A stretch of 64,000 nucleotides of DNA from Eledone cirrhosa. Its lineage: Eukaryota. A program made the translations under genes and the position numbers. Below the pieces are notes generated by a model. The model was not told the origin of the DNA, did not search any database, and saw only the letters and a program-made list of their open reading frames with translations. Location of the stretch: positions 32,736,001-32,800,000 of the forward strand of contig OZ024741.1 in NCBI GenBank assembly GCA_964016885.1. The letters are read 5' to 3'. Every line of letters starts with the position of its first letter. Position 1 is the first letter of the stretch. This document shows, piece after piece, positions 13,987-28,727 of this stretch.

Positions 13987-14695
13987 ACACGCACACGCAC
14001 ACACACACATAAGCACACAAATAAACATACATATCTTTACATTCTTTATTTCAATAGGAAATCTGAATTCTGACAACCCAGCGAACTAACCATATTCACT
14101 GAACCAGAACAATTCTGCCATCCCATTTCTCTTGACCATTATCTTTTGCTTGTCATAGATTTCCAAATAAGGGCGCGAAATTTAATGAAAACTTGTTCAC
14201 GTGACAGCCATAATTTCATTTATAACCAATCAAATTACGTTTATTAAAAAAAAGCCTTCGTGAGTCCCTTTTTTTAAAGTAAAAAGAAATTCAAACACTC
14301 ATATATGAAAAACACAACCTGAGCCCCCCCCCCCCTTCTTGTTTGTTAAGAACTTTGTAACGCGAACTGGCGCGAAATTTATTATAATTATTTACCAACC
14401 AATCAAATTACTTCTCTAAAAACCTGGCCTTTCGAGCCACTTTTTTCCATATAAAACAAGTAACATTCAAAGACCAACCAGATGTGAGAAAAATCCCAGA
14501 CCCTCCATCTCAACTCTACTTTTGAAAAGCAGAAGAACGGCGAAACCGGTAAAGGAACAAAATAAATATATATATATTTTTTAAAATAAGACTCCAGTTG
14601 CATTTTCGATTTCATCTTTTTTTCTTTATACTTTCACTCGTGTAGGACACCTCGGTTATTTTTCATTTTGTAAAAAAAACCTCACTTTCTAATAT
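11575..14695 (-). mobile_element. 5'-truncated Penelope-like element with partially tandem 3' pLTR and inverted 5' pLTR
   Basis: LPFLDILI..YKPTDSKQYL..HPKH (RT thumb, 13356-13800); NLLYAIKCKGCNEDYIGQT (GIY-YIG, ~13030-13125); 11575-12430 inverted at 13790-14620; 11900-12300 duplicated at 12305-12630. Confidence 0.9.
14519..14554 (+). ncRNA. Variant hammerhead motif (U3-A8 covariant); mirror copy at 11641-11674 (-)
   Basis: TTGAAAA gcag-aagaa-c(t/g)gc GAAA CCGG TA; palindromic stem III; short stem I. Confidence 0.55.
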
Positions 14696-14710
14696 ATATA
14701 TATATATATA

Positions 14711-15356
<646 letters not shown>

Positions 15357-15532
15357 CGAGGGTAATCCCAAATGTAAGGTCTCCTTCCGAGGAAAACATG
15401 CGTAAAGATCGGTGGATCACTCTGGATGTTCACTGCATTTTGGTTCCTGAGGTTTCCCGAAGCACCATCCACAGTATTTTAACGGAAAAGATGCAATATC
15501 GGAAGGAGACCTTACTTTTGGGATTGCCCTCG
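15357..15532. mobile_element. Tc1/mariner MITE
   Basis: 34-bp TIRs CGAGGG(T/C)AATCCCAAA(T/A)GTAAGGTCTCCTTCCGA with 2 mismatches, TA target site at both ends. Confidence 0.9.
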
Positions 15533-15706
15533 TATATATATTAATATATAAACAGACAACTCATACATATATGTGAATGTATCTAAATATGTACACACAC
15601 AGATTAATGCGCACAAATATACACACATGCGTACACACATATATACACATATACATAAATACATACATATACACATACATATTCAAGTATATATATACAT
15701 ACATAT

Positions 15707-16345
15707 ATGACTGCAAAGCGGGGAAAAACAACAACCAAATCTAGCAACATTGTCAATGGCCTAACTGTTTCACAGATATCTGATGAGGACTGCTACAGAT
15801 ACCTAGGAATAGATGAGAACATATCCTATAATGGTATATGTAATAAGGAACGCGTAACCAGGGAATATTACCTCCGATTAAGTAAAATAAGGTCATTAGA
15901 TCTCTCTGCGCACAATAACACAATGGCTCACAATGTGTTTGCTGTGCCTGTCCTAACACCAACCTTTGGAATACTCAATTGGACGATACATGAAATCCGA
16001 GCAATTGATGTTAGGACTCGAAAAATACTAAACAACACAGGAATCTTCCACATCAACAGTGACATAGGCCACCTCTACTTGAAACGTAAGCAGGGAGACA
16101 GAGGCCTAACATCAGTCCAGTGAGCATTTGAATATCGCATCATATCCCTCCGACAACATCTACGCATTTCGAAGCGTAGGAGCCCGTCTCTCGAGCAAGT
16201 CTATCTGCATGAAACAGTCAAGATCATGAAAGTTGGGAAGGAACTCATTGAAAGATATTCCCTGTGTGATAATCAAAAACCTATACCTAGGGAAGTTGCT
16301 CAGCAGTACCGCAGTAAATCCACGGATGGAAAACTGCATGCTTAT
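15707..16345 (+). mobile_element. Internal fragment of R4/Dong-like LINE (same family as 52172-53520)
   Basis: [32 protein letters not shown]; DNA similarity to 52185-52490. Confidence 0.85.
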
Positions 16346-16392
16346 CAGCAAATCTAGCCTCGGAGTGACTTGCATTCAGAACTTAAAGGGCA

Positions 16393-16442
<50 letters not shown>

Positions 16443-16739
16443 CATCAACAACACCACCACCACTACTACTAATACTAAGATATTAGAGACATTTATAGAT
16501 TACACACTAAAACTCCAACTAGAAAGTACATAGATGTTAAACAGAAAAACTGCAATATAATACTAGAAACTTAGCCAAGCACAACCATTTAGGTACTTAC
16601 AAACACAGAGCCGAGAAAGCCTTGTGCATTTCTCCAGTGAAAACACACAATTAAAATAAGTTGTTTGAATATCTCAGGAAGGAATCGTTGGACAGATTTT
16701 ACGGCAAAATCAACCGGCAGGAGACCCAGGATTAGACTC

Positions 16740-16895
16740 CGGGCAAGATGGTAGGTTAACATTCATGAGCTTGGGTGGTCTCACTCGGGGATCCAGCCAG
16801 ATCAGCTGGAGATGGTTGCTTCTGGCAGGTCCCGCTGGAAGAAGTGTTTGAGGAGTCTGTCTCCATAACCCTCTCAGGAATAGGTGGGCGAAGAA
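16740..16895. mobile_element. Interspersed repeat fragment, related inverted copy at 33927-34050
   Basis: Reverse complement TCCTCAAACACTTCTTCC..CTGATCTGGCTGGATCC matches ~33947-34018; both abut trinucleotide repeats. Confidence 0.55.
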
Positions 16896-16899
16896 ATAG

Positions 16900-16904
16900 A
16901 AGTG

Positions 16905-16952
<48 letters not shown>

Positions 16953-16990
16953 ATAGTAGTAGTAGTAGTAGTAGTAATAGTAGCAGCAAC

Positions 16991-17078
<88 letters not shown>

Positions 17079-17127
17079 GTAGTAGTAGTAGTAGTAGCAG
17101 CAGCAACAACAGCAGCAGAAATAGTAT

Positions 17128-17217
<90 letters not shown>
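16900..17217. repeat. (TAG)n/(CAG)n microsatellite
   Basis: Direct inspection. Confidence 0.95.
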
Positions 17218-17639
17218 AGGACGAGGGGAGAGAATAACAAGAATAAAAAGAACAACAACAGCAACATAGCGTGGAACAAGAAGAAGATGATAAAAGCTAG
17301 AATCTATTGTCTAAGAACGACCTAGATTCTATATAGTGACACTCTACAATTTGTGATTTACCTGTCAGGATGGTAGATTGCTATTGGATCTTAATAGAAT
17401 GATACAAGCCATAAAGTTTTTCTCTGAGATATTTCTTTGTTTCTTTGTTTGATTCCGAGAGAGCGTGTATGTCTTCAGTTATTTCCATACTTTGAATTTG
17501 CCCTTTCTAAGATCTTCAAAAATCATTGATGCAACAAGCCTCTTGTAAATTTAGAAATAGTCTCTATGCTATATATTACACACGCATACACGTGGGCATG
17601 CTCACACAGTCACAAACACACATACACACATACACACAA

Positions 17640-17690
<51 letters not shown>

Positions 17691-17752
17691 TCTGTATATT
17701 CTCACACACATATGAGCACGTACAAACACAGGCACACAGGCATCCTCATACA

Positions 17753-17810
<58 letters not shown>

Positions 17811-17829
17811 CGCAAACACATATACATTT

Positions 17830-17913
<84 letters not shown>

Positions 17914-18379
17914 TATATGTATATATAGTACAATATATAAAGTATTGCCAAAGTTGCATGATTTTACTGCATCAATGAATTTTGATGTAGTAAGAAAAGG
18001 CAGAATAAATGTATGAAAATAAGAAAACACAGAGAGAAAGAGAGAGAAGAGCGGAGATAGATAGATAGATAGATAGAGAGTGAGAGAGAGTGAGTGAGAG
18101 AGAGAGAGAGACAGAGAGAGAGAGAACAACAAGTAAACAATGAAAGCTCACCAAGAAAAACTTTACATACCTTGTAGCTTATATTAATTTTCAATTTTCC
18201 AATGTGGCCAACTTAAGAATCATAATAACCAGAAGAGGAAATGGAGAGTTTCAGTCGATATTGGTTTCAACTGACTGAATTACATTTTTCATAACCTACT
18301 TCTGCTACTGAATATTTTTCCTTACTTCCTCACGTTCGTAAATACTAAAATGTTATGCGTGTATATATAGAGAGATGAC

Positions 18380-18776
18380 CCCTTAGCCTTTGTCAAGGCA
18401 GAATTCTAGAAGGAAAACTCTGATATAACACCTGCAACCCTGATGGTATCCAATGATGTTGACTTGTTCTTCTTTTTGGTAAATATCATCTTGGTTAAGA
18501 GAGTGGGACTGGCTTTGTGCAGTGCCTTTGCTCACTATAAAAGCTTCACGGCACAGGCATTGCTTTATATCTGGAGATCTCTGTGCACTTGTCGTCACAT
18601 GGTACTATGGGCCCAGAACTATGTGTCAATAATTGTCACATGTGTAGTGTTTGTGCCAGAGTTTTCAAGTCGCTGGCTGGACTAAAAAGTCACCCTCGTT
18701 TAGCGCATCGGTAGGGGTTCTCCTACATGGATATAAAGTAGTGGCCGTGCTCGAAAACGAGTTGGCAGCCACCATA
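18380..18776 (+). mobile_element. RTE-like 3' end with C2H2 remnant
   Basis: HMCSVCARVFKSLAGLKSHPRLAHR* at ~18637-18713; tail CTCGAAAACGAGTTGGCAGCCACCAT. Confidence 0.7.
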
Positions 18777-18901
18777 TATATGTATATTAATAAAAGGAAT
18801 TCCAAATTTGTCTGATTTACTCGTTTTATTTACAATCCTTTAAAATTATAATGGTATTATAATGAAATAGTATGGTAGAATATTAAATGTTAAGTGTTAA
18901 T

Positions 18902-18940
18902 TGAACAAGTACTTTCATGCTTTCGCAATCTTCAGGTTCA
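18902..18940 (-). ncRNA. Minimal hammerhead motif in short PLE pLTR (18785-18980); sister copy 54524-54560
   Basis: tgaac CTGAAGA t-tgc-gaaa-gca-t GAAA GTAC TT gttca; perfect stem I, palindromic stem III. Confidence 0.7.
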
Positions 18941-19029
18941 TATTCTGTGGTGACAGTCAAGTTTGCAATTTTCAACTGTATATATATGCGTATATCTATA
19001 TCTATATATATATATATATATATATACTG

Positions 19030-20788
19030 AACACCTCCGGGATATTCGTTTCCGCGGGAGATACCTCATCGCCCGCCACTTTGGCTCCCCTGGACATTCC
19101 GCCCACCACCTCACAGTCTGTGGCCTACTCCAATGCCATGGAACACCCGCCACCCGCCTCACGGTCGAACAACGCACCATCTTCACCTTACAGACCCCCC
19201 CTCTCTCCCGGGCTTGAACTCCCCGCCCCTATTCATTTAGCCTTCGACACCCCCCTCCACACATCCCCCACTAACACCACTAAGACACTCCTCCTTTTCA
19301 CCACCCCACCCCCTTGACCCACCCCACCACTAACAATACTAACACCCCCACCACTGGCCCCCCTCCACCAACTAACAATACTAACATCTCCACCCTTCCC
19401 CCTAACACGCACACACCCACCTGAACATATATACACGCACTCACACTATCCACACACCCTACTACCACCACTAACCCTCACCTACACATCCACTCCGACC
19501 ACCCCACAACTAACATCACTAACATCCCCCCGACCCCACGCACACGAACACACACCATCACACACACACCCACACATACGTACACCACCCACTCCACACA
19601 CCCAACCACCACTAACCCCCACTTACACACCCGCATTCAAACCTTTCCCCAACACCAGTATACTAACACCCACTAACACCCCCTTCACTACACACACCAC
19701 ACTAATCCAAACACGCACATACACACCAGTACACTACACTCTCTCCTCCTCTCCCAACACCTTTTCTCTCCCTCTCCCCGCTCCATCTACACCCCTTCAC
19801 ACACACACACATCCCCTAACACCTCTACTGATAGACACCCCGTCCCCCACATCACCACCTTCCCTCTCCACCCTTCACACCTACCCATCCTCTCCCCTGT
19901 CCACCGCACCTCCACACACACAGACACAGTCCTCACCACACACTGACTTTCTCCACCTGTCATCCTCCTCTACTGCTATCTCTTCAGCCTGCCTTGACCC
20001 TATGACCCTTCCTGTTGCGCGCGCACCCCGCATGTCTCCACTTCCGACCACCACAACCATTGGATTCCACACCACCTGTCATCGTTCCAGCTATCCACTC
20101 CATAACATGAACAAATACAGCTCTCATCTCACACTCCATGGAACTACCTTAGGAACTTACTCACGAACATACACTCACCTTTTTTTTCGAACCATGCCAC
20201 CTACATCCACACCACGTATAAACAATCAGACCCCGAAATACCCTCTCATATACATACTCAGCCTCCGGAATCCACACGCTCCCCCACCCCTCTGACCCCT
20301 CTCCAACCACACGCACGGACACACTGACTTAAACCCCACCTCACGCACACACCTTTTCCTGAACATGGAATCTCGTTCTACCCCCAACTCTCACATTCAC
20401 ATACACACACACACACACACGTACACATACTCACATACACAAACACCACCTTCAACCCTCCCCGCTTGGACCGCCCGCCTCCTTCTCCCAACTCCACCAT
20501 CACCAACCCTACACGCCTTACACACTTCCATCACTTGTTTATTTTTGATTATTTTTATTTTTATTTTTATTTGTACTCCTTCCATTGCCCCCCACCCATT
20601 TTTTCTCTTCTAAATGTCTTTCCACTACTCCTCCACACACCCTCGGAACTCTCCTCCTACCAATTTTTCTCCTGATGAAGGGCTGATGCCCGAAACTTCG
20701 CCCCCCCCCCTACATTCTCAAAAGCGTGAACCTAATAAACTCTCATTTGTACTGCCTCTCCTCTCTGTGTTTGTCCCCGTCCTAGTTT

Positions 20789-20795
<7 letters not shown>
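19030..20795 (+). mobile_element. C-rich repeat ending in hammerhead-like core; probable PLE 3' region, related copy 25388-25890 (-)
   Basis: CCTGATGAAGGGCTGATGCCCGAAAC at 20671-20696 followed by AATAAA; flanked by (TA)n; stem I not intact. Confidence 0.55.
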
Positions 20796-20819
<24 letters not shown>

Positions 20820-20861
20820 GCTTTTATATATATATAGAGAGAGATAGATAGATAGATAGAC

Positions 20862-20900
<39 letters not shown>

Positions 20901-20911
20901 TAGATAGATAG

Positions 20912-20965
<54 letters not shown>

Positions 20966-20980
20966 TAGATAGATAGATAT

Positions 20981-21022
<42 letters not shown>

Positions 21023-21087
21023 CATATACATATATACTTATACATATATATATATATACATATACATATATATATATATACATATAC

Positions 21088-21145
<58 letters not shown>

Positions 21146-21173
21146 GTATACGTATATATATATATATATATAA

Positions 21174-21354
21174 GGGCGGTGGATTGGCAGTATCGGTAGA
21201 GGGTCGGACGCCATGCTTTCCAGCATAGTTACGTCCCTTTACGATCTGAGTTCAAATCCCGCCGAGGTTCACTTTGCCTTTCATCCTTACGGGGTCGATA
21301 AAATAAAGTACCAGTAATGCACCGTTTAATTGCTGGCCTGAAGTAGAAACAATT
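21174..21354 (+). mobile_element. SINE family A, full length, in (TA)n
   Basis: GGGCGGTGGATTGGCAGTATCGGTAGAG head, B-box, core. Confidence 0.92.
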
Positions 21355-21379
21355 ATATATATATATATATATATATATA

Positions 21380-21790
21380 TCGTTTCTGAATTTCTTTAGC
21401 AAGTTTCTTTATCTGAGAACGTGTGTTGAAACAGATATTGTTATACTTTGGTAGTGTCATGTTGCCAATAAGAAACATACGCACCAATGTTTCACTCCAA
21501 TTTATTATAAATTAAATTATGAATAAAAAAAATAAAAAAATAATAAATTTCTGGTTGGTTGGTTCCACAACCAGACGATTGTTCATATATTGTCAAAGTT
21601 CTTTCGTTACACATTCTGTGACCTCATCAGTGAGCGGGGATTCTTTTCTTTGCTTTGTGCCTCTCCGAAAATTTATAAATTTTATAATTATTTATTTATT
21701 TATAATTCAATTTATAATAAATTGGAGTGAAAGCAACTGGGGCCTGTGTTTCTTATTGGCAACATGACCCCCCCAAAGTATAACAATATA
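21380..21790. mobile_element. Fold-back solo pLTR of the PLE at 54635-56550, hammerhead at 21592-21633 (-)
   Basis: 21440-21550 inverted at 21670-21788; tca CTGATGA g gtcac..gtaac GAAA gaac TT tga. Confidence 0.8.
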
Positions 21791-21793
21791 TAC

Positions 21794-21849
<56 letters not shown>

Positions 21850-21850
21850 T

Positions 21851-21884
<34 letters not shown>

Positions 21885-21886
21885 CT

Positions 21887-21979
<93 letters not shown>

Positions 21980-22029
21980 AAGATTTGTTTCATAGAGAAA
22001 TGGCTTCGACAAAACTACAAAACTAGAAC

Positions 22030-22091
22030 TGTTTCATTCAAAGGATAAATCATCAGGAAAAGTTTTCTGATGATTTATTTTGAATGAAACA
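22030..22091. repeat. 62-bp hairpin carrying divergent CTGATGA..GAAA cores on both strands
   Basis: GTTTCATTCAAAGGATAAATCATCAG-GAAAAGTTTT-CTGATGATTTATTTTGAATGAAAC; relative at 40720-40800. Confidence 0.6.
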
Positions 22092-22210
22092 CTTCAAGTC
22101 CCGTGGAAAGCCAGTTCTATATTAAGCTTGATGTTTACACTCTGTTAATTTATTGAGTACCTTCCTAACTGTGGTTACACCCGATTGAATCCGGGACTCA
22201 CACACACACA

Positions 22211-22247
<37 letters not shown>

Positions 22248-22253
22248 ACACAC

Positions 22254-22341
<88 letters not shown>

Positions 22342-22491
22342 GTGTGTGTGTGTCTGTGCGTGTGTTCGCGTGTGTGTTTGGGTGTGGGTGTGAATGCGCA
22401 TCTGTTTATGTGTGTTTGTGTGTGGGTGTGAGTGTGTGCATTTGTGTGTTAGAGGTGTATATGAAGTCATATGTGAACATTCTGTATAAAT

Positions 22492-22670
22492 AATTGTTTC
22501 TACCTTTGGCACAAAGCCAGCAATTTTTCCAGTGAATTACTGATACGTTATTTTATCGACCCCATAATGATGAAACGCAAAGTTAACATCGACGGGATTT
22601 GAACTCAGGCCGTAAAGGGACGTAATTATGGTAGAAAGCATGGTGTCCAACCCTCTAACGATACTGCCAA
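22492..22670 (-). mobile_element. SINE family A
   Basis: Reverse complement of core and B-box (GGGATTTGAACTC). Confidence 0.85.
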
Positions 22671-22865
22671 AAATAATACATATGTCTATGCTGTGGTTAC
22701 ATTAGATCAACCTCAGTAGACATGTGAGAAAACTAGAACCCTGCTGAATCTCCAGGAAATATTTGATATACTATAGGTACAGGTGGTTGACTGCAGGGTT
22801 ACTAGGAAGGAAATCTTTGTAGTGTAATTACAGTAGACCATCTGACTGAGAAAATGATCATCAGT

Positions 22866-23088
22866 CAATCATATTCGTGGCCTCCTCACAGCCCCGGTGG
22901 ACATAATGGAGAAGGTGTTTCCCTGAAGGACAGCAAGGGAGACGCGCTGGGAAAGCCATTCCAGCTCGCGTGGCTCACACATACGGCTGGCCAGCTCAGC
23001 GCCTATGGTGGTGAGTAGGGAGGTAGCCCTAGGGCCGAGGACACCAGAAGTCTCCCCTGCCAAGGGTACAACCGCATACCTGCTGGAG
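22866..23088 (-). mobile_element. CRE-like non-LTR retrotransposon 3' fragment (RLE C-terminus)
   Basis: PLAGETSGVLGP..EPRELEWLSQRVSLAVLQGN resembles the CRE-clade motif ETxG..QRLSLAIQRGN. Confidence 0.75.
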
Positions 23089-23113
23089 ATGATTTAACTT
23101 ATATTTGTCTCAC

Positions 23114-23152
23114 CACTTGAGTAAGTAAACACCTCAAATAATGCATAAAACC
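23114..23152 (-). CDS. Candidate 39-nt exon (GFMHYLRCLLTQV)
   Basis: tttttcag|...GTG|gtgaga, phase 0-0, phase-compatible with 27576-27663. Confidence 0.35.
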
Positions 23153-23339
23153 CTGAAAAACGTGTCAGACATTCGTGCAGGTCTATGGAAGAAGTTATAT
23201 GATCCCGGCTTAAAATACCCATAGCGTGTATTATATATCGTTATTGTACATAGAAACAAGATATATGTAAATTCACTATGAAGCATGCTTTGTTCGTGCT
23301 ACTGCTTCTTAATCATAACCGGTCAAGCACGCACTGTGA

Positions 23340-23480
23340 ATGCGCATGGCTTAGTGGTTAGAACATTGGGCTTGAAATCGAAAGGTTGTGAGTTCAATTC
23401 TCGGACCGGGTGATGAGTTGTTTCTTTGAGCAAGACATTATTTCACGTTGCTGCAGTTTACTCAGGTGTAGAAATTAGAT
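23340..23480 (+). mobile_element. tRNA-derived SINE family B (another diverged copy at 62200-62340)
   Basis: A-box TGGCTTAGTGG, B-box GAGTTCAATTC, then TTGAGCAAGACA core-like segment. Confidence 0.7.
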
Positions 23481-23854
23481 GATAGGACTGGGATCCCTAT
23501 CATTAAATCACCCAAGAGACCTCCAACAAGATATAACTTGGTGGAGGCCAGCTAAATCTGCATAGGTATGAGCTGAAGCAATAAGAAGGAGAAGCACACA
23601 CTATATGTAAATGGATAAATCAACAATTGGTTTGTATGCAAATATGAAACAAGCTATAGCGTATTTTGTCTCTTTGCCGTGTCAGTAAAGGTCACTGATG
23701 ATGGATAAATATCTTGAAACCCTAGTATATGGAGTCTTCCCACCACTACTGAGGTAGCTCTGATATGATCACAGCCCGAAATACCCATTGTGGGGCTTAT
23801 ATATATATATATAAAGCATACAAGCACACAAACATACACACACTCCCCAAAACA

Positions 23855-23897
<43 letters not shown>

Positions 23898-23903
<6 letters not shown>

Positions 23904-24125
23904 TAAATAACATATTAAAGTTTAAGCAAAGAATCGCTGCTTTCACCCTTAACGGGATCTTCTGAGTTTCAGAAGATCCCGTTAAGGGTGAAAGCAGCGA
24001 TTCTTTGCTTAAACTTTAGTCTGTTTTTTAATAAATATTTGCTCTACGGTTCTTATATATTTGATATATATTTATCCTTAACGAGCCCTCTTTGGATTTT
24101 AGTCTTCAATTTTATTATTATTACT
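23898..24125. mobile_element. Palindromic TA-inserted element (~68-bp arms); single-arm copy at 36230-36335
   Basis: Arms centred at ~23967; CAGAAGA tccc-gttaa-gggt GAAA is a hammerhead-like variant. Confidence 0.7.
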
Positions 24126-24147
24126 ATTATATATATATATATATATA

Positions 24148-24258
24148 TTAGAAAGTGAGGTGTTTTTTTTACAAAATGAAAAAAACCGAGGTGTCCTACA
24201 CGAGTGAAAGTATAAAGAAAAAAAGATGAAATCGAAAATGCAACTGGAATCTTATTTT

Positions 24259-24263
<5 letters not shown>
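24148..24263 (-). mobile_element. Terminal pLTR fragment of the PLE family at 11575-14695
   Basis: Reverse complement of 14578-14693. Confidence 0.85.
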
Positions 24264-24326
<63 letters not shown>

Positions 24327-24667
24327 CATACATGCCTCTGTGCATTGGTGCTTTCTTAAGGGTACTAGTTTTCTGGATAGCGGTACTAGTGACAATCACA
24401 ACAGCATACATATTTCCTGCAAACCTTAATGGAATATCCTGACAAAATGGTGTGTATCCATGCACAGATATGAATAGACACACGAGTATGCATGTATATA
24501 ACCAAGAGCTGTCCAAACGAATCACATATACTTCTCTATACACATATACACATACACATTAAACATCATCCAGTAATACAACGAACTAAACGACAAACGC
24601 ATATAAAACGTAGACAGGCGCAGACACACGCAGACACACGCAGACAGGCGCAGACACACACACACAC

Positions 24668-24719
<52 letters not shown>

Positions 24720-24723
<4 letters not shown>

Positions 24724-24910
24724 CGAAGGAAATGTGGTAAGGAACCAGGTGGACCATAACGCACCAAAGTACTCAATACTTGAGGTAGTAGAGTGGGTAA
24801 TAGGAACCAGTAAGACCCCGACAGCTGAGCTCAAGCCGTTTCGACGGCTAATTCGAGAATTAGCCGTCGAAACGGCTTGAGCTCAGCTGTCGGGGTCTTA
24901 CTGGTTCCTA
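24720..24910. mobile_element. TA-inserted element ending in a near-perfect ~110-bp hairpin; relative at 58895-59030
   Basis: TAGGAACCAGTAAGACCCCGACAGCTGAGCTCAAGCCGTTTCGACGGCTAATTC..mirror ending at 24910. Confidence 0.8.
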
Positions 24911-25230
24911 TATATATATATATATATATATAACAATAAGGGTTGACGGACCCAGCATATTTATCAATGCCAGTACCAGTTGTAATTCAGCGCACTCAAT
25001 GGGCAATGTAAGATACATTACCAGAATATACGCATAGTTATTTGCCTCAACACAACACACGTAAAACGGGTGCCTATAAGGTTCCTGGACTCGAGTTTCT
25101 GCAGCACTAATGCAGCAGTAAGGTGCACTGCACCATATGTCTGCATATATTATGCAACAATGCACAATCGGCTTATGCGGCTTCATCAGCCGGTTTATGC
25201 GGCTTCATCATTATATATATATAATGTATA

Positions 25231-25372
25231 TAGCATAGTTACGTCCCTTTACAGTCTGAGTTCAAATCCCGCCGAGGTTAACTTTGCCTTTCATCCTTAC
25301 GGGGTCGATAAAATAAAGTACCAGTAATGTACTGAGTAATTGCTGGCCTTGTGCCTAAAGTAGAAACAATTA
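25231..25372 (+). mobile_element. SINE family A, 5'-truncated
   Basis: B-box, core, tail. Confidence 0.88.
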
Positions 25373-25387
25373 TATATATATATATAA

Positions 25388-25890
25388 GTTAAAAACAAAA
25401 AAATAAAAGCAATAACGGTGAGTGCAGTACAAATAGTGTAGGTATTAGGTTCACGCCTGAGAATGGCGGTGGGGGAATACGTTTCGGGCATAAGCCCTTC
25501 ATCAGGAGAAAAGTGGGAAGGAAAAGAGTTCCGAGTGTGTGAGGGGAAGTGGTGGAAAGACAATAAAATGGGGAGGGGGGGGGATTACAGGGAAGGAAAA
25601 AATGTGGGAAAATGAAAACAAGTGGTGAAAGAGTGAGAGGCGCGTAGAGATGATGGTTGGTGGATGTGGGGGGGGGGAACAGTGGGTCCGATCGGGGAGG
25701 GCGGAAGGCGGTGTGTGTATATGTGTGTAGGTGTACGTGTGTGTGCGTATGGGTGGATGTGAGTGTGAGAGTTTGAGGAAGAGTGAGAAAGACCCTAAGT
25801 CGAGCATTAGCACCACCAAAATCACGTAGCACATCTTAACACACCCGTTGGCGCCAACAGATCTCATAAATTTCAACGTGTTCAACAACT
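25388..25890 (-). mobile_element. Probable PLE 3' region related to 20300-20795
   Basis: Minus strand CTGATGA A GGGC TTAT GCCC GAAA CG TA at ~25478-25505; upstream similarity to 20590-20700. Confidence 0.6.
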
Positions 25891-25918
25891 GAGGAAAATT
25901 GGTTCATCTCTCTCTCTC

Positions 25919-25975
<57 letters not shown>

Positions 25976-26576
25976 ATATATACAAAGTGAGATATATATA
26001 TAGCGAGAGAGAGATGGGGAGGGGGAGAGATGAAGACATCGCAAATGATGACATTAAGATGAAATGATTAAGACTGGAATTTCTTGAATGGATGAATGCT
26101 TTAGTTTGCTCAATGCATGTAGACTTGGGGTAAAAGAATGAGGAGTGTAGATACCGTCATGCACACAGAAACACACTGACACTCCCATAAGTACTCGTAG
26201 CTTCCACACTCATTGTGCGACCACAGTTTTACATGAACTACATACACACAATATCGCTCATACTCATACATAAGCATATATACATACACCTACACAGATT
26301 TATAATCAAGTTTTCACACACAATTATATCTCGACAGCCAGCATTCTGTTTCTCATTTTTTTGTTTTTCTCTCTCTTTCTCTCTAGCTTTCTTTTCTTTT
26401 CTCTTTCTCTCAAGCTCTCTTTTCTCTCTCTCTCTCTACTTTCCACTCTGTCTAATCTGTTTTAGTCCTTCATATTTCTCATCCTTCTTCTTTCTATCTT
26501 CACGTTACGTCACGTACACATTCTGTAATTCAATTGTATAACACAATATATTGCATTTCCTTATATTTACAATAAA

Positions 26577-27200
26577 GGGCAGTGGACTGGCAGTATCGGT
26601 AGAGCGTCAGACAACATGGTTTGCATTCTCAGATCAAATCCCGCTGAGGTTAACTTTGCCTTTCATCCTTATGGGGTTGATAAAACAATGTACCAGTAAT
26701 GAATTGGTTCTATTTAATCGACTTTCCTTTACCGCAAAAATTGTTTTCCTCGGGTCTAAATCAGAGTCTATTATATTTACAATTACGGTGGATTGGCAGT
26801 ATAGGTAGAGGGTCGGATGCCATGCTTTGCAGCAAAGAGTTATGTACCTTTATGGTCTGAGTTCAAATCCCGCCGAGGTTAACTTTGCCTTTCATCCTTA
26901 CACGGTCGATAAAATAAAGTACCAGTAATGTACTGGGTAATTGCTGGCCTTGTGCCAAAAGTAGAAACAATTCTATTCACAATTACGTGCGGTGGATTGG
27001 CAGAATTGGCAGAGTTTTATACAACATGCCTTGCGCCATATAGGTACGTCCCTTTACCTTCAGATTTCATATTCCACCGAGGTTAGCTTTCAATAAAATG
27101 AAATAAAAGAATCGATAAGAATAAGTACCAGTTTCGCTGGGCGGTAGATTTAATCAATTTTTCCTTCAAAAAAATTGTTGGACTTGTCCGTAAAACAAAA
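26577..27200 (+). mobile_element. Three head-to-tail SINE family A copies
   Basis: Heads at ~26577, ~26787 and ~26990; middle copy closest to consensus. Confidence 0.85.
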
Positions 27201-27575
27201 ATCAGTATATAAACAATAAATTCTGCGCAAATATATGTAGGCAATTAGGGAATGCCCTGCTCATTCCATTCCTCCAGACTGTCTGGTTTTGTCCTAATGT
27301 AAGTTTTAATTATCATTATTCCGTAGATAATTCAACTCTTCGTTCAACTTTTTTTAAATCTAAATTCATATGATGGCATAGATTTTATATTTGTACTTTC
27401 ACTCTGGTTTAAATATTAGCTTTAGTTAAGAATGCTTTAACAACTATTGTCATATTTCTGTGTATCAATCTTTGAGAGTGTATATATAATTACACACGTA
27501 CACACACGCACACACACACACGTACACACACGCCCCCCCCCCCCCACATATATATAAATATACATATACACTTAC

Positions 27576-27663
27576 CATGTATGTATATGTCTGTGATATT
27601 AAGCAGCAATATTTTTCACGAAGATAAATTGATTGGCATTCGTTTTCTAAAAAACTTCTGTTA
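27576..27663 (-). CDS. Candidate 88-nt exon ([30 protein letters not shown])
   Basis: ctttgtttacacatcag|...ATG|gtaagt; complex sequence island between microsatellites. Confidence 0.4.
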
Positions 27664-27681
27664 CTGATGTGTAAACAAAGA

Positions 27682-28727
<1,046 letters not shown>

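Noticed and set aside
16775-17269. Poly-Ser/poly-Leu/poly-Val ORFs
   Set aside because: Trinucleotide repeat translation
23340-23410. tRNA gene
   Set aside because: tRNA-like head continues into a SINE body; cloverleaf is degenerate
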